A stretch of 64,000 nt of DNA from Gemmatimonadota bacterium (GTDB taxonomy: Bacteria; Gemmatimonadota; Gemmatimonadetes; Palauibacterales; Palauibacteraceae). The notes under the pieces are model-generated. The model was given only the letters and a program-made list of their open reading frames with translations. It made no database searches and was not told the DNA's origin. A program made the translations under genes and the position numbers. Below are positions 46,893 through 56,134 of this stretch, in pieces (the first letter of the stretch is position 1; each line of letters begins with the position of its first letter). The DNA lies in the NCBI GenBank assembly GCA_039587355.1, contig JBDHIO010000009.1, positions 4,907 through 68,906 on the forward strand, in the 5' to 3' direction.

Positions 46893-48858
46893 GTGCCGCG
46901 ACGATCGCTGCTTTCAGGACCCGTACAGTACCTGAAGGGCGTCGGGCCGCGCCGGGCCGAGCGCCTCGCGCAGATGAACATCCAGACCGGCCGGGACCTC
47001 CTGTATCACCTGCCGCATCGCTACGAGGACGCGACGACCGTGGACACGATTTCGTCGCTGGGACCCGGCGACGACGCGACGGTAATCGGTACCGTCGTGT
47101 CGAAGGGCGTGATTCCCACTCGACGGCGGCTGCGCGTCTTCCGCGTCGTTCTTCGCGACGACACGGGACAGATCGAATGCTCGTGGCCGGGACAGCCGTG
47201 GCTCGATCGTACGATCGCGCGCGGCGACCGGCTGCTCGTCTCCGGTCCCGTCCGGTTCTTTCACGGACGCCAGATACAGCCCAGGGAGCACACGGTGCTC
47301 TCCAGGGAAGGGGAGACGGAGGACGCGGGCGACCCGCGGGCCGCGTCCGCGGACGGGCAGGTCTTCCCCGTCTATCCCGCCACCGAGGGTCTGACGCACC
47401 GCCAGGTCCGCGGCATCGTCGATGAGAACCTCGACGCGCTCATCACGGATCTGGCGGAGCGGGACTCGCTCCCCGAGTCGTGGCGTGACGAACTGACGCT
47501 ACCGGATCTCGCCGGGGCGCTCGAGACGCTTCACCGTCCCCCGTCGCTGGATGCCATCGAGCCCGCCCGGCGGCGGCTGGCGTTCGAGGAGTTGTTCTAT
47601 CTGCAACTCCTTCACGCGCGCGCCCGAGCGCGGCTGCGACGGGACGTGGAGGGCATCGCATTCGTCGCGGCGGATGAGTTGACGCGCGGTCTGCTGGACG
47701 CGTTGCCCTTCGAGCTGACCGGCGCTCAGTCTCGGGTGTGTCATGGCTCCGACCGAGCTGCTCGCCGAGCAGCACATGCGCACGCTCACCGACCTCCTGG
47801 AACCGCTGGGTCCGAAGCCCGTGCTGCTCACGGGGTCGGTCACGGGCAAGGCCAGGCAGTACGCGCTGCAGCGTATCGAGTCGGGGGAGGCGGCCATCGT
47901 CGTCGGAACGCATGCCTTGATCCAGGATACCGTCGAGTTTCATTCGCTCGGGATCGCGATCGTCGACGAGCAGCACCGCTTCGGAGTCGAGCAACGACGT
48001 CGCCTGCGCGAGATGGGAGGATGCGCCGATGCGCTCGTCATGTCGGCGACGCCGATCCCGCGCAGCCTGGCGCTCGTCCTGTACGGCGATCTCGACCTGT
48101 CGGTGATCGACGAGATGCCCCCCGGCAGAAAGCCGGTGGTGACCGGGGTGCGGGGGCCCGACAGCCGCGAGGCCGCGTTCGATTTCCTTCGAAGTCAGCT
48201 CGAAGAAGGGCGGCAGGCCTACGTGGTCTACCCGATCATCGAAGAGTCGGAAGTCCTCGAGGTGCGGGCCGCGACATCGATGCACGAGCAGCTGTCGAAG
48301 AGGTTCGCGGACTTCGAGGTCGGACTGCTCCACGGCCGACTGAAGAGTGCCGAGAAGGATGAAGTCATGCGACGGTTTCTCGCTGGCGACGTGTCAGTAC
48401 TCGTCGCCACGACCGTGATCGAGGTCGGCATCGACGTCCCGAACGCCACGGTCATGTTCATCGAGGACGCCGAGCGCTTCGGACTCGCGCAGCTTCACCA
48501 GCTGCGGGGCCGCGTGGGACGAGGGGCCGATCAGAGCTACTGCGTCGCGTTCCAGTCGGGCAATGCGCCGTCCGAGCGATTGTCCGCCTTCGCCTCCACG
48601 AACGACGGTTTCAGACTGGCCGAGGAGGATCTGCGGATCCGGGGACAGGGGGACCTGTTCGGAAAGGACCAGTCAGGGATCGCCACACTGCGTTTCGCGG
48701 ATCTGGAGCGGGACCGCCGGCTGCTCGACGAGGCCCGGAACCGGGCGCGACGGATCGTGGCGGATGACCCGGAGCTGTCCGGGAGCGAGCACGCCGAGAT
48801 CCGACGGGAGCTCGAGGAACGGTATGCGGGCCGCGAGGCCCTGTACCAGATCGGCTGA
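46893..48858 (+). pseudogene. recG: recG (ATP-dependent DNA helicase), disrupted: helicase motif I missing and a frame change at ~47740
   Basis: ORF 46893..48362 encodes the RecG wedge/N-domain up to ...LPFELTGAQSRV. ORF 47743..48858, in frame +1, resumes at MAPTELLAEQH (motif Ia) and runs through motifs II-VI (DEQHRFGV, SATPIPRS, QLRGRVGRG). The ~44 aa in between, including GDVGSGKT, are absent from the DNA. Confidence 0.7.
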
Positions 48859-48869
48859 GGGGCACGACG

Positions 48870-50301
48870 ATGGGGCGACTGAACCGGCGCAATGAGGGCC
48901 GCGCCGCTATCCTGGCGGCTCTCGGCATCGCCGCGATGGCGTCCTGCCAGCGTGCGGACATGTCGCCGGGTCGGGTCGAGTCTACCCGGGTGCGGCCAGT
49001 GGTCGTCATAGACGGGCGCTTCGATGAGTGGGGCGCCGCGCGGTCGACGCAGTTCCCGGCGGGCGGATCGGTGGCATCGGTGTCCTCCCTGAGCGACAGC
49101 ACCGCTGTCTACGTCGCGCTCGCGCTCCGTGAGTCGACGAACCTGCAGGGAAGTGCATCGCCGCTCCTGCTCGTGTTCGATGCGGATGACGATCCGGCTA
49201 CGGGTGTGGCCGCTTTCGGCGTGCCCGGTGCGGATCTGGTGATCAGTTTCACCGCGCTCACCGAGGAAGGCACGGCGCAGGGTGTCGTGTCGTGGGTGCC
49301 CGACCCGGATGATCCGGAGCGGGTGACTGCCCCCTCGCGGCCCTTCGTCCCCGCCGATCTGGGTCTGTGGTTCGAGCCCCTTCACGCGACGGATCGGATC
49401 GAGTTGCGGCTCGCCCGCGGTGGCGCGAACGGACTCTTCGCGACCGAGGGATTCGCCGGGAGAATCGTGGTGCTCGAAGGGGGCGGTGCGGAGCGCGAGC
49501 GGAGCCCGCTGTTCAGGCATCGCGCCCCGGCCGCCGAGGCATTGACGGCGGAGGCGGAGCCGAGGTCAGGCCTCGATCGCGCGCCGGAGGCCGAATTTCG
49601 CGTGCTGGTGTGGAACGTCGCCGGGCGCCTCTCGTCGAATCCGGAGCCGTTCCGCGCGATCCTCCGCGCGATCGATGCCGACCTGGTGCTGCTCGACGAG
49701 GTGTCGGCGCGTACGGATCTCGCGGCGGTTCGGGCCGTGCTGCCCGGCGATCCATCGGAGTGGTCCGTGCACATCGGGTCCAGCGGGGGTCGGCAGCGGG
49801 GTGCGGTGGCGGCCCGATCGCCGCTGACCGCCGCCCGTCATCGATCTTGTTTGCTGCGGAAACTCGGTCACCTCGCGTCAGGACCGCGTGCGTGTTCTCG
49901 AGGCCGCCACGGTGAATCGAGCGGCGCGGCGGGCTGTCGCGTCCGCGGATGGATCGGCCGCCGCCGTGATCCTCGCCGGCGACTTCAACCTTGTCGGCTC
50001 GGAGACTCCGCTGATCACGGCGGGGCGGGGCCTCGACACGGGCGGCGGCGACCTCGAGCCGATCTACGCGCTACAACTGGACGGAGCGTCCACGGCAACG
50101 TGGATCGGTCCGTCCACACCGTTTCCGCCGGGCCAGCTGGACTACCTCCTGCACCCCTCCTCCCTCGAACCTCTCCGGGCGTTCGTCTTCGAAACCGAGG
50201 ACCTCGGTGTCGCTGATCTCGCTACCCTCGGTCTCTCAGCCGAGCTGAGCGATGACGCCTCGGACCATCGTCCGGTCGTCGCGGACTTCCGCTGGCGCTG
50301 A
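48870..50301 (+). pseudogene. lipoprotein with C-terminal endonuclease/exonuclease/phosphatase (EEP) domain, frameshifted at ~49828
   Basis: Lipobox AALGIAAMASCQ. EEP motifs FRVLVWNVAG and LLDEV sit in frame 0; AGDFNL and SDHRPVVADF sit in frame +1 (ORF 49888..50301). The frame-1 stop at 49825 and the C-rich tract GACCGCCGCCCG mark the shift. Confidence 0.55.
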
Positions 50302-50423
50302 TTGCCCCGCGGAAGCCGCGTCACCCGGACGTCAGGGAAGCCTGACGATCGGTCTTCGCTCGATGCGCTGAACTCCACCTCGTTCACGATTGCCAGTCCC
50401 CGTCCGGGGCGCGAGACTGACGG

Positions 50424-51125
50424 ATGCGACGACGCGAGAGGGGGATCGGGTTCGCCGCGGTCTGGACACTCATCTCCTGTGTCCCGTCCGCCGTTCTCGG
50501 TCAGGACTGCGAGGTCGACCGGTCGGCCGGGCACGCGGATTGGCACGAGGCTCAACGCGCGCTCGAAGGATATCGGGAGGAACTCGCGCGAATCCTGACC
50601 GACGCCGGGCAGCCCGCCCTCGGCTCGCTGGTCATCCGGCGGGGCCCGGACGGGGGTACGATCGACGTCCGCCGGCTGTCTCTCGCCGTTCCGAGCGAGG
50701 CGGAGGCGGTGTTCACCGGCGTTCTCGATCGTCTGGTGGCGTCGCCCGAGCTGGCATCCTCGAGCTCGATCAGCCTCGACTTCGGCGCTCCCCCCGTGGA
50801 TCTGCGGCCGGACCAGACCGAGACCTGCGGGGCCGAGATGGATAACGTGGCGGAGGCCGGCGGGCTTCTCGCGCAGGTGGTCGCGGGCGCGATCCAACGA
50901 GAGGGGAAGGCGAATCCGGCCGGCCGGGTGCGGTTCGAGCTCTCGCTGCTCGTGGACTGGACGGGCCGCGTGAGCGAGATCGAGTTCCGCGAGGATCCCC
51001 GCGGGTGGGAGTGGATCGTTCCTTACCTGGAGGCGCTCGCGCCTGCTCTGCGATATCGTCCTGCGACGCTGAACGGAACACCGAGGACCATGTGGGTGCC
51101 GGAGCAATTCGAGCTCGAGTTCTGA
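50424..51125 (+). CDS. secreted protein with TonB-C-terminal-like domain
   Basis: Signal peptide MRRRERGIGFAAVWTLISCVPSAVLGQ. C-terminus ...LLVDWTGRVSEIEF...RYRPATLNGTPRTMWVPEQFELEF resembles the TonB/TolA C-terminal fold. Confidence 0.45.
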   Translation: MRRRERGIGFAAVWTLISCVPSAVLGQDCEVDRSAGHADWHEAQRALEGYREELARILTDAGQPALGSLVIRRGPDGGTIDVRRLSLAVPSEAEAVFTGVLDRLVASPELASSSSISLDFGAPPVDLRPDQTETCGAEMDNVAEAGGLLAQVVAGAIQREGKANPAGRVRFELSLLVDWTGRVSEIEFREDPRGWEWIVPYLEALAPALRYRPATLNGTPRTMWVPEQFELEF

Positions 51126-51160
51126 GCGAAACCGAAAACCGAAACGCGCGACGAGTTCTG

Positions 51161-52456
51161 ATGGAATACAAGGCGATTGAGGATCTGCCCGAGCTGGTCG
51201 GCGAAACCGTCTCTCTTCGGGGCTGGGTACGACGTTTCCGCTCGAGCGGAAAGATCTCGTTTCTCGTTCTCCGGGACGGGACGGGCGAGGTGCAGTGCGT
51301 GTACGTGAAGAACGAGGTCGATGAATCGGTCTGGGCCTCGCTCGACGAGGTCGGACACGAGGCGGCCGTGTGCGTGAGCGGTGTGGTCCGCGCGGACGAC
51401 CGCGCCCCATCGGGTGTCGAGCTCACCGCTTCCGGTCTCGAGGTCCTCGGCAGGTCCGACGAATTTCCGATTCAGCCGAAGGAGCATGGCGTCGACTTCC
51501 TCCTGGAGAAGCGGCACCTGTGGCTCCGGAGCGCGCGCCAGGTCGCGATCATGCGAATCCGTGACGAGGTCGTGCGCGCCATTCGCGACTTCCTGCACCA
51601 TGAGGGGTTCACGCTGGTCGATACGCCCATCCTGACCGGGGCGATCGGCGAATCGGCAGGAACGCTCTTCGAGACGGAGTACTTCGACCTGGGGACGGCG
51701 TATCTCGCGCAGACGGGCCAGCTCTACGTCGAGGCGGCCGCTGCCGCGCTCGGGAAGGTCTACTGCTTCGGGCCAACGTTTCGGGCGGAGAAGTCGAAGA
51801 CTCGCCGGCACCTGACGGAGTTCTGGATGGTCGAGCCCGAGGTGGCGTGGAACGACTCCGACGACAACATGGCGCTGCAGGAGCGGTTCGTGTGCTTCAT
51901 CGTGAAGCGTGTGTTGTACAACCGCCGCGAGGACCTCGAGGCGCTCGGACGCGACATCTCGAAGCTCGAGGCGATCAAGCCGCCGTTCGACCGCATGAGC
52001 TACACCGAGGCGGTCGAATTCCTGCAGGCGGGCGGCAGCGACATCGAGTGGGGAGCCGATCTGGGCGCCCCGGACGAGATGAAGCTGGTGGAGGGGCGCA
52101 GCGTGCCGCTGTTCGTTTACGACTACCCGAAGGGTGCAAAGGCCTTCTACATGAAGGAGAACCCGGAGGACCCACGGACCGTGAAGTGCAACGACATGCT
52201 CGCGCCCGAGGGGTACGGCGAGGTCATCGGGGGCAGTCAGCGCGAGGACGATCACGACCGGTTGCTCGAGCGGATCCGCGAGGAGGGACTGCCCGAGGAG
52301 TCGTACGACTGGTATCTCGATCTTCGCCGCTATGGCACGTTCGTCCACAGCGGTTTCGGTCTCGGCATCGAGCGCACCGTCACGTGGATGTGCGGGATCG
52401 ATCACCTGCGAGAGACGATCGCGTTCCCCAGAATGATGCAGCGAATCACGCCGTAG
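51161..52456 (+). CDS. asnS: asparagine--tRNA ligase
   Basis: Class II aaRS motifs FRAEKSKTRRHLTEFWMVEPE and GFGLGIERTVTWMCG with an N-terminal OB-fold. About 431 aa, the AsnRS length. Confidence 0.85.
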   Translation: MEYKAIEDLPELVGETVSLRGWVRRFRSSGKISFLVLRDGTGEVQCVYVKNEVDESVWASLDEVGHEAAVCVSGVVRADDRAPSGVELTASGLEVLGRSDEFPIQPKEHGVDFLLEKRHLWLRSARQVAIMRIRDEVVRAIRDFLHHEGFTLVDTPILTGAIGESAGTLFETEYFDLGTAYLAQTGQLYVEAAAAALGKVYCFGPTFRAEKSKTRRHLTEFWMVEPEVAWNDSDDNMALQERFVCFIVKRVLYNRREDLEALGRDISKLEAIKPPFDRMSYTEAVEFLQAGGSDIEWGADLGAPDEMKLVEGRSVPLFVYDYPKGAKAFYMKENPEDPRTVKCNDMLAPEGYGEVIGGSQREDDHDRLLERIREEGLPEESYDWYLDLRRYGTFVHSGFGLGIERTVTWMCGIDHLRETIAFPRMMQRITP

Positions 52457-52479
52457 TCATCCACCAGAAGGAGAGGCAC

Positions 52480-52959
52480 ATGTTGGTTCGAAACGGATCC
52501 GTCGCCGCGGTGCTAGTGATTGCCGGAGCGGGGAGCCTCGCGGCGCAGGAGCACGAGCATGAGGAGATGCACCAGCAGGTGTCACAAATGAACACGGCTG
52601 AGTATCTGGGCGAGAATCCCGGTCTGCCGTTCTCCGAGGCGGTCCGGGTCGGCAACATGCTCTATCTGTCCGGACAGATAGGCACCGGCGATGCTGGTCT
52701 CGTATCGGGCGGGATTCAGCCCGAGACCCGCCAGACGATGGAGAACATCAAGGCGGTGCTCGAGAAGTACGGGTCGTCCCTCGACGAGGTCGTGAAGTGC
52801 ACGGTCTTCCTCGCGGAAATCGCGGAATGGCCGGCGATGAACGAGGTCTACGTGACGTACTTCACGAAGCACAAGCCGGCGCGGAGTGCCGTCGCGGGGA
52901 GCGGCCTGGCGCTGGACTCGCGCGTGGAGATCGAGTGCATGGCTACCGTCGGGCTCTAG
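52480..52959 (+). CDS. RidA/YjgF family protein with signal peptide
   Basis: MLVRNGSVAAVLVIAGAGSLAAQ, then the Rid fold (LYLSGQIG...VKCTVFLAEIAEWPAMNEVY...ARSAV...VEIECMA). Confidence 0.75.
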   Translation: MLVRNGSVAAVLVIAGAGSLAAQEHEHEEMHQQVSQMNTAEYLGENPGLPFSEAVRVGNMLYLSGQIGTGDAGLVSGGIQPETRQTMENIKAVLEKYGSSLDEVVKCTVFLAEIAEWPAMNEVYVTYFTKHKPARSAVAGSGLALDSRVEIECMATVGL

Positions 52960-53642
52960 CGGGTCTGCGAAGCAGCCGTCTGCCAGGCGGCCGACACCGC
53001 GCCGAGGGTGACGTCGTCCAGACGATGACCGCCCTCGAAGCTCCATGATCTGAACGGGACGCCCGCGGCGGTGAGGCGTGACTCGTGCTTCGCGACCGCC
53101 GTCTGCCCGAAGAACTCGTCCGCGTCCCCCATGACCAGGTGAATGTCCGATTCCGCCAACCGGTCACCGTGCTGCGAGAGATCGAGGTCCGGCGGGGTGG
53201 TCCCCCCCCACATGATCGCCCGGTCGATCCGGGTCGCTCCGAGCGCGACCCACCGACACAGCGTGTGAACCCCTTGAGAGAACCCCAGCCCGACCGTGCG
53301 GACGGACGCCGGGTCGGCGCCGAGTTCTGCCAGCGTCGCGTCGTGCAGGCGATCCAGGTACGCCACGTAGTCGGCGATGTCCGTGAGGCGGTCCTCGCTG
53401 GTCATCCACGACGCGCCCACCTTCCGCGCCGCGTGGTCCACGTACTGCCTGTGGAGTCCCTCGGGCGCCACGATGTGCCGGGTATCGTCCGCGATCGGGC
53501 GGAAGCGCTCGATGAACCTGGGAGCCAGCTGGTTGTAGCCGTGCAGGGCGTACCAGACCTCCCGGACCTTTCCCGCGTCGCCGGTGAGCACCGAATAGCG
53601 GGCGTGTCGTTCAATCGCGATGTGACGAGTCTCTGCCGACAA
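52956..53642 (-). CDS. alpha/beta-hydrolase (phospholipase/carboxylesterase family)
   Basis: VWYALHGY, GFSQG nucleophile elbow, and a C-terminal GDADEF...GGH triad. TTG start inferred; the track N-extension is Arg-rich. Confidence 0.65.
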   Translation of the reverse strand: MSAETRHIAIERHARYSVLTGDAGKVREVWYALHGYNQLAPRFIERFRPIADDTRHIVAPEGLHRQYVDHAARKVGASWMTSEDRLTDIADYVAYLDRLHDATLAELGADPASVRTVGLGFSQGVHTLCRWVALGATRIDRAIMWGGTTPPDLDLSQHGDRLAESDIHLVMGDADEFFGQTAVAKHESRLTAAGVPFRSWSFEGGHRLDDVTLGAVSAAWQTAASQTR

Positions 53643-53691
53643 GGAAATCGATCCCCGGTGAGGTGATTGGACTCTTGCTGTCCTGCTGAAG

Positions 53692-54864
53692 CTACTCGAA
53701 CACGGGGATGACGTAACGCTCGAGCGTCTCGAGATCGAATTCGTCGCGCGAGATCGCGTAGATGTACGTGTGCCCCACGGCCACAAGCGTCCGCCCCTCG
53801 GGCAGCGCGACCGAACCGACCTGGCCCCCGGCCGGGCCGATGATATCCACCCTGGACGGTGATCGCGTGGATGGGGTACGCGCGATCCAGAGCCGTCCCG
53901 CAGCATCGAGCGTGATCCCGGAGGGGTCGAACGGCGCATGCAAGTCAGCGAACTCGTTCGTGTCGATCAGCTCGCGGATCTCCTGATCCGTCGCACTCGG
54001 GCTCTGCCCCAGGCCGCCATCGTCGCCCCGTCCACTGACCGGGCTGCTCTCGACGAACCGGCGCACGAACGCCTCGCGGTCGGCCGGCGTAACCGGCGAC
54101 TCGACATGTTCGAGAATCGGGCCCTCCGTCGTGGTCCCCCCGCGCCGCCACTCGACCCGGAAGGGCTTCCACCGAACGATGGCGACGGACCCGTCCGGTC
54201 CGGCGGCCCAGCCGTCCCGGGCCGCGAACATCACGAACGGGATCCCCGGGGTCATGCGAGGCCGACCGGCGTCAGAGCGCGGTCGGGCGGTGTCCACGCG
54301 GCCGATCTCCTCTATCTCGTCCGTGCCGGGCGTCCAGCGGACGAGCGGGCGCGGGGCCCGCGATCCCGGTGGATCTCCCGTCGCCCAGCCCGGCTGCACG
54401 TAGTAGACCCTGCCGTCGTCATCGACCGCGGAGGGGTTCGACGCCCCGGGGACGGTGACCCGAATCGTGCGATGGATCTCACCGTCCGGCCCGATTACGG
54501 CCAGTCGGGTGTTTCCGAGGTCGACGAGCACCGTCGAGTCCCCGCGAAAGGGAAGCAGCCGGTTCGGGAGCCGGAACTCGCCCGGCCCGCCGCCCACACG
54601 TCCGACGTCGCGGCGACTGCCTTCGGCGAAGTCGAGCAGCGAGACTCGCTCCTCGATCCAGTCGCTCACGACGACACGCCCGTCCGGTAGCTCACGGACT
54701 CCGTTGATCAGGCTGAACGAGGCCGCGAACGGTTCGCCGTCGGCGTCACGAAGCACCAATGACTGACCGTCCAAACGCGTGGCGGCTGCCACGAGCAGAG
54801 CCAGAACTACCGTCCCCCTGCAAACGAATTTCACTCGTACGTCTCCCGGCCGAGAGCCTCTCAT
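53692..54864 (-). CDS. secreted hypothetical protein (beta-propeller-like?)
   Basis: Internal Met gives the signal peptide MRGSRPGDVRVKFVCRGTVVLALLVAAATRLDGQ. No motif recognised. Confidence 0.5.
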   Translation of the reverse strand: MRGSRPGDVRVKFVCRGTVVLALLVAAATRLDGQSLVLRDADGEPFAASFSLINGVRELPDGRVVVSDWIEERVSLLDFAEGSRRDVGRVGGGPGEFRLPNRLLPFRGDSTVLVDLGNTRLAVIGPDGEIHRTIRVTVPGASNPSAVDDDGRVYYVQPGWATGDPPGSRAPRPLVRWTPGTDEIEEIGRVDTARPRSDAGRPRMTPGIPFVMFAARDGWAAGPDGSVAIVRWKPFRVEWRRGGTTTEGPILEHVESPVTPADREAFVRRFVESSPVSGRGDDGGLGQSPSATDQEIRELIDTNEFADLHAPFDPSGITLDAAGRLWIARTPSTRSPSRVDIIGPAGGQVGSVALPEGRTLVAVGHTYIYAISRDEFDLETLERYVIPVFE

Positions 54865-55016
54865 CGATGTGCCGTCTCTCTTACATGCGACAGCCGCGCA
54901 GGTCGGGTCGTTGGTCCGGCGTGGTTCGGCCGGGTTGAACCGAGGTTGTGCGCCGGCACGCGTGCTCGCAGTGTGGCAGAGAGGGCGGTTCAAACTCCAG
55001 TGGGAGGATGGGTGCG

Positions 55017-55700
55017 ATGAGGGTGTGGAGAAGCGACGTCGAGGCGGGGCGGGGGGCTCGAACGGGACGGGCGTCGGTTGTGGCTGGGCTCGCGGCGATC
55101 GCCCTCGGCGCAGGCCAGATGCCCCTGGCCGCGCAGGGGTTCGAGTTCGGAGGCGGGTTCAGCCGCATGAAGGCGCCCGACCTGTTCCTCGGACCCGACG
55201 ACTGCACCGGCGGGAACGCGTGGTCGGGAGAGGGCGTCGTGGCCCTGCGCTTCACGTCCACCGTCGCCCTCGAGGCGACGACCGGGTACAACTGGTCGAA
55301 TCCCAAGCAGTGCGAGCGCGATCTGCCCACGATCCCGCCGAACGGCGAGTTCTCTCACACGTTCCAGCAGTCGGCCGGCGGGTACTCGTTCGTCACGACG
55401 GACTTCCGGATCGTGGTCGAATCGCCGGAACCGCATCAGTCGGCGTGGCTCAGGGCCTTCGGCGGCTACGGCCGCATGTGGTCCAGGGACATCGGCTACT
55501 GGCTCGCAGGGGGCGGACTGGCCCTCGCCGGGCGTCTCACGCCGATCCTCGAGGCGGAGTGGAACTGGTTCTCGGTCCCGTTCGAGGAGCTCACTCTCAA
55601 CTACGTCGATGGCGTCCTGCAATCGACCGACAGGGTCTCGGGCTCGAAGGCCGAGAACACGTTTCGGATCCGCGCGGGGCTGCGGTGGCGACTCCGGTGA
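55017..55700 (+). CDS. outer-membrane beta-barrel protein
   Basis: Signal peptide MRVWRSDVEAGRGARTGRASVVAGLAAIALGAGQMPLAAQG. Gly/aromatic-rich alternating strands. C-terminal FRIRAGLRWRLR. Confidence 0.55.
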   Translation: MRVWRSDVEAGRGARTGRASVVAGLAAIALGAGQMPLAAQGFEFGGGFSRMKAPDLFLGPDDCTGGNAWSGEGVVALRFTSTVALEATTGYNWSNPKQCERDLPTIPPNGEFSHTFQQSAGGYSFVTTDFRIVVESPEPHQSAWLRAFGGYGRMWSRDIGYWLAGGGLALAGRLTPILEAEWNWFSVPFEELTLNYVDGVLQSTDRVSGSKAENTFRIRAGLRWRLR

Positions 55701-56134
55701 CCTCTGGATTCATCTACCGCCGGCGTGTCGAGTTCGCCGACACGGACGCCGCCGGGCTGATCCATTTCACGGCCCTCTTCCGATACATGGAGGAGGCCGA
55801 GCACGCCCTCTACCGGTCGCTCGGTGGCGCCGCGTTCGAACGCACCGACTCCGGCTTCCGCGGGATGCCTCGCGTGGCGGCGAACTTGGAGTTCCTCGGC
55901 CCTGTCCGGTATCCGGATGAGATCGACGTACATCTCGTCCTGCGGGAGAAGCGCGCAAAGGTGTTGCGTTACGAGGCGGAGTTCCGAGTCGCGGGGGACG
56001 CGAGCGAGTCCGTCGTGGCCCGCGGCGGCATGACGGTTGTGTGTGCCGCGAAGGCGGACGATGGTTCCGAGTGGGCGGGCACGGAACTCCCCGCGGCGCT
56101 CTTCGATCAGCTCGAGGTCGGTTCGGACTCCTGA
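55697..56134 (+). CDS. acyl-CoA thioesterase (4HBT / YbgC-like hotdog fold)
   Basis: GTG start overlapping the upstream stop (GTGA). FIYRRRVEFADTDAAGLIHFTALFRYMEEAEH is the typical 4HBT N-terminus with the catalytic Asp. Confidence 0.75.
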   Translation: MTSGFIYRRRVEFADTDAAGLIHFTALFRYMEEAEHALYRSLGGAAFERTDSGFRGMPRVAANLEFLGPVRYPDEIDVHLVLREKRAKVLRYEAEFRVAGDASESVVARGGMTVVCAAKADDGSEWAGTELPAALFDQLEVGSDS

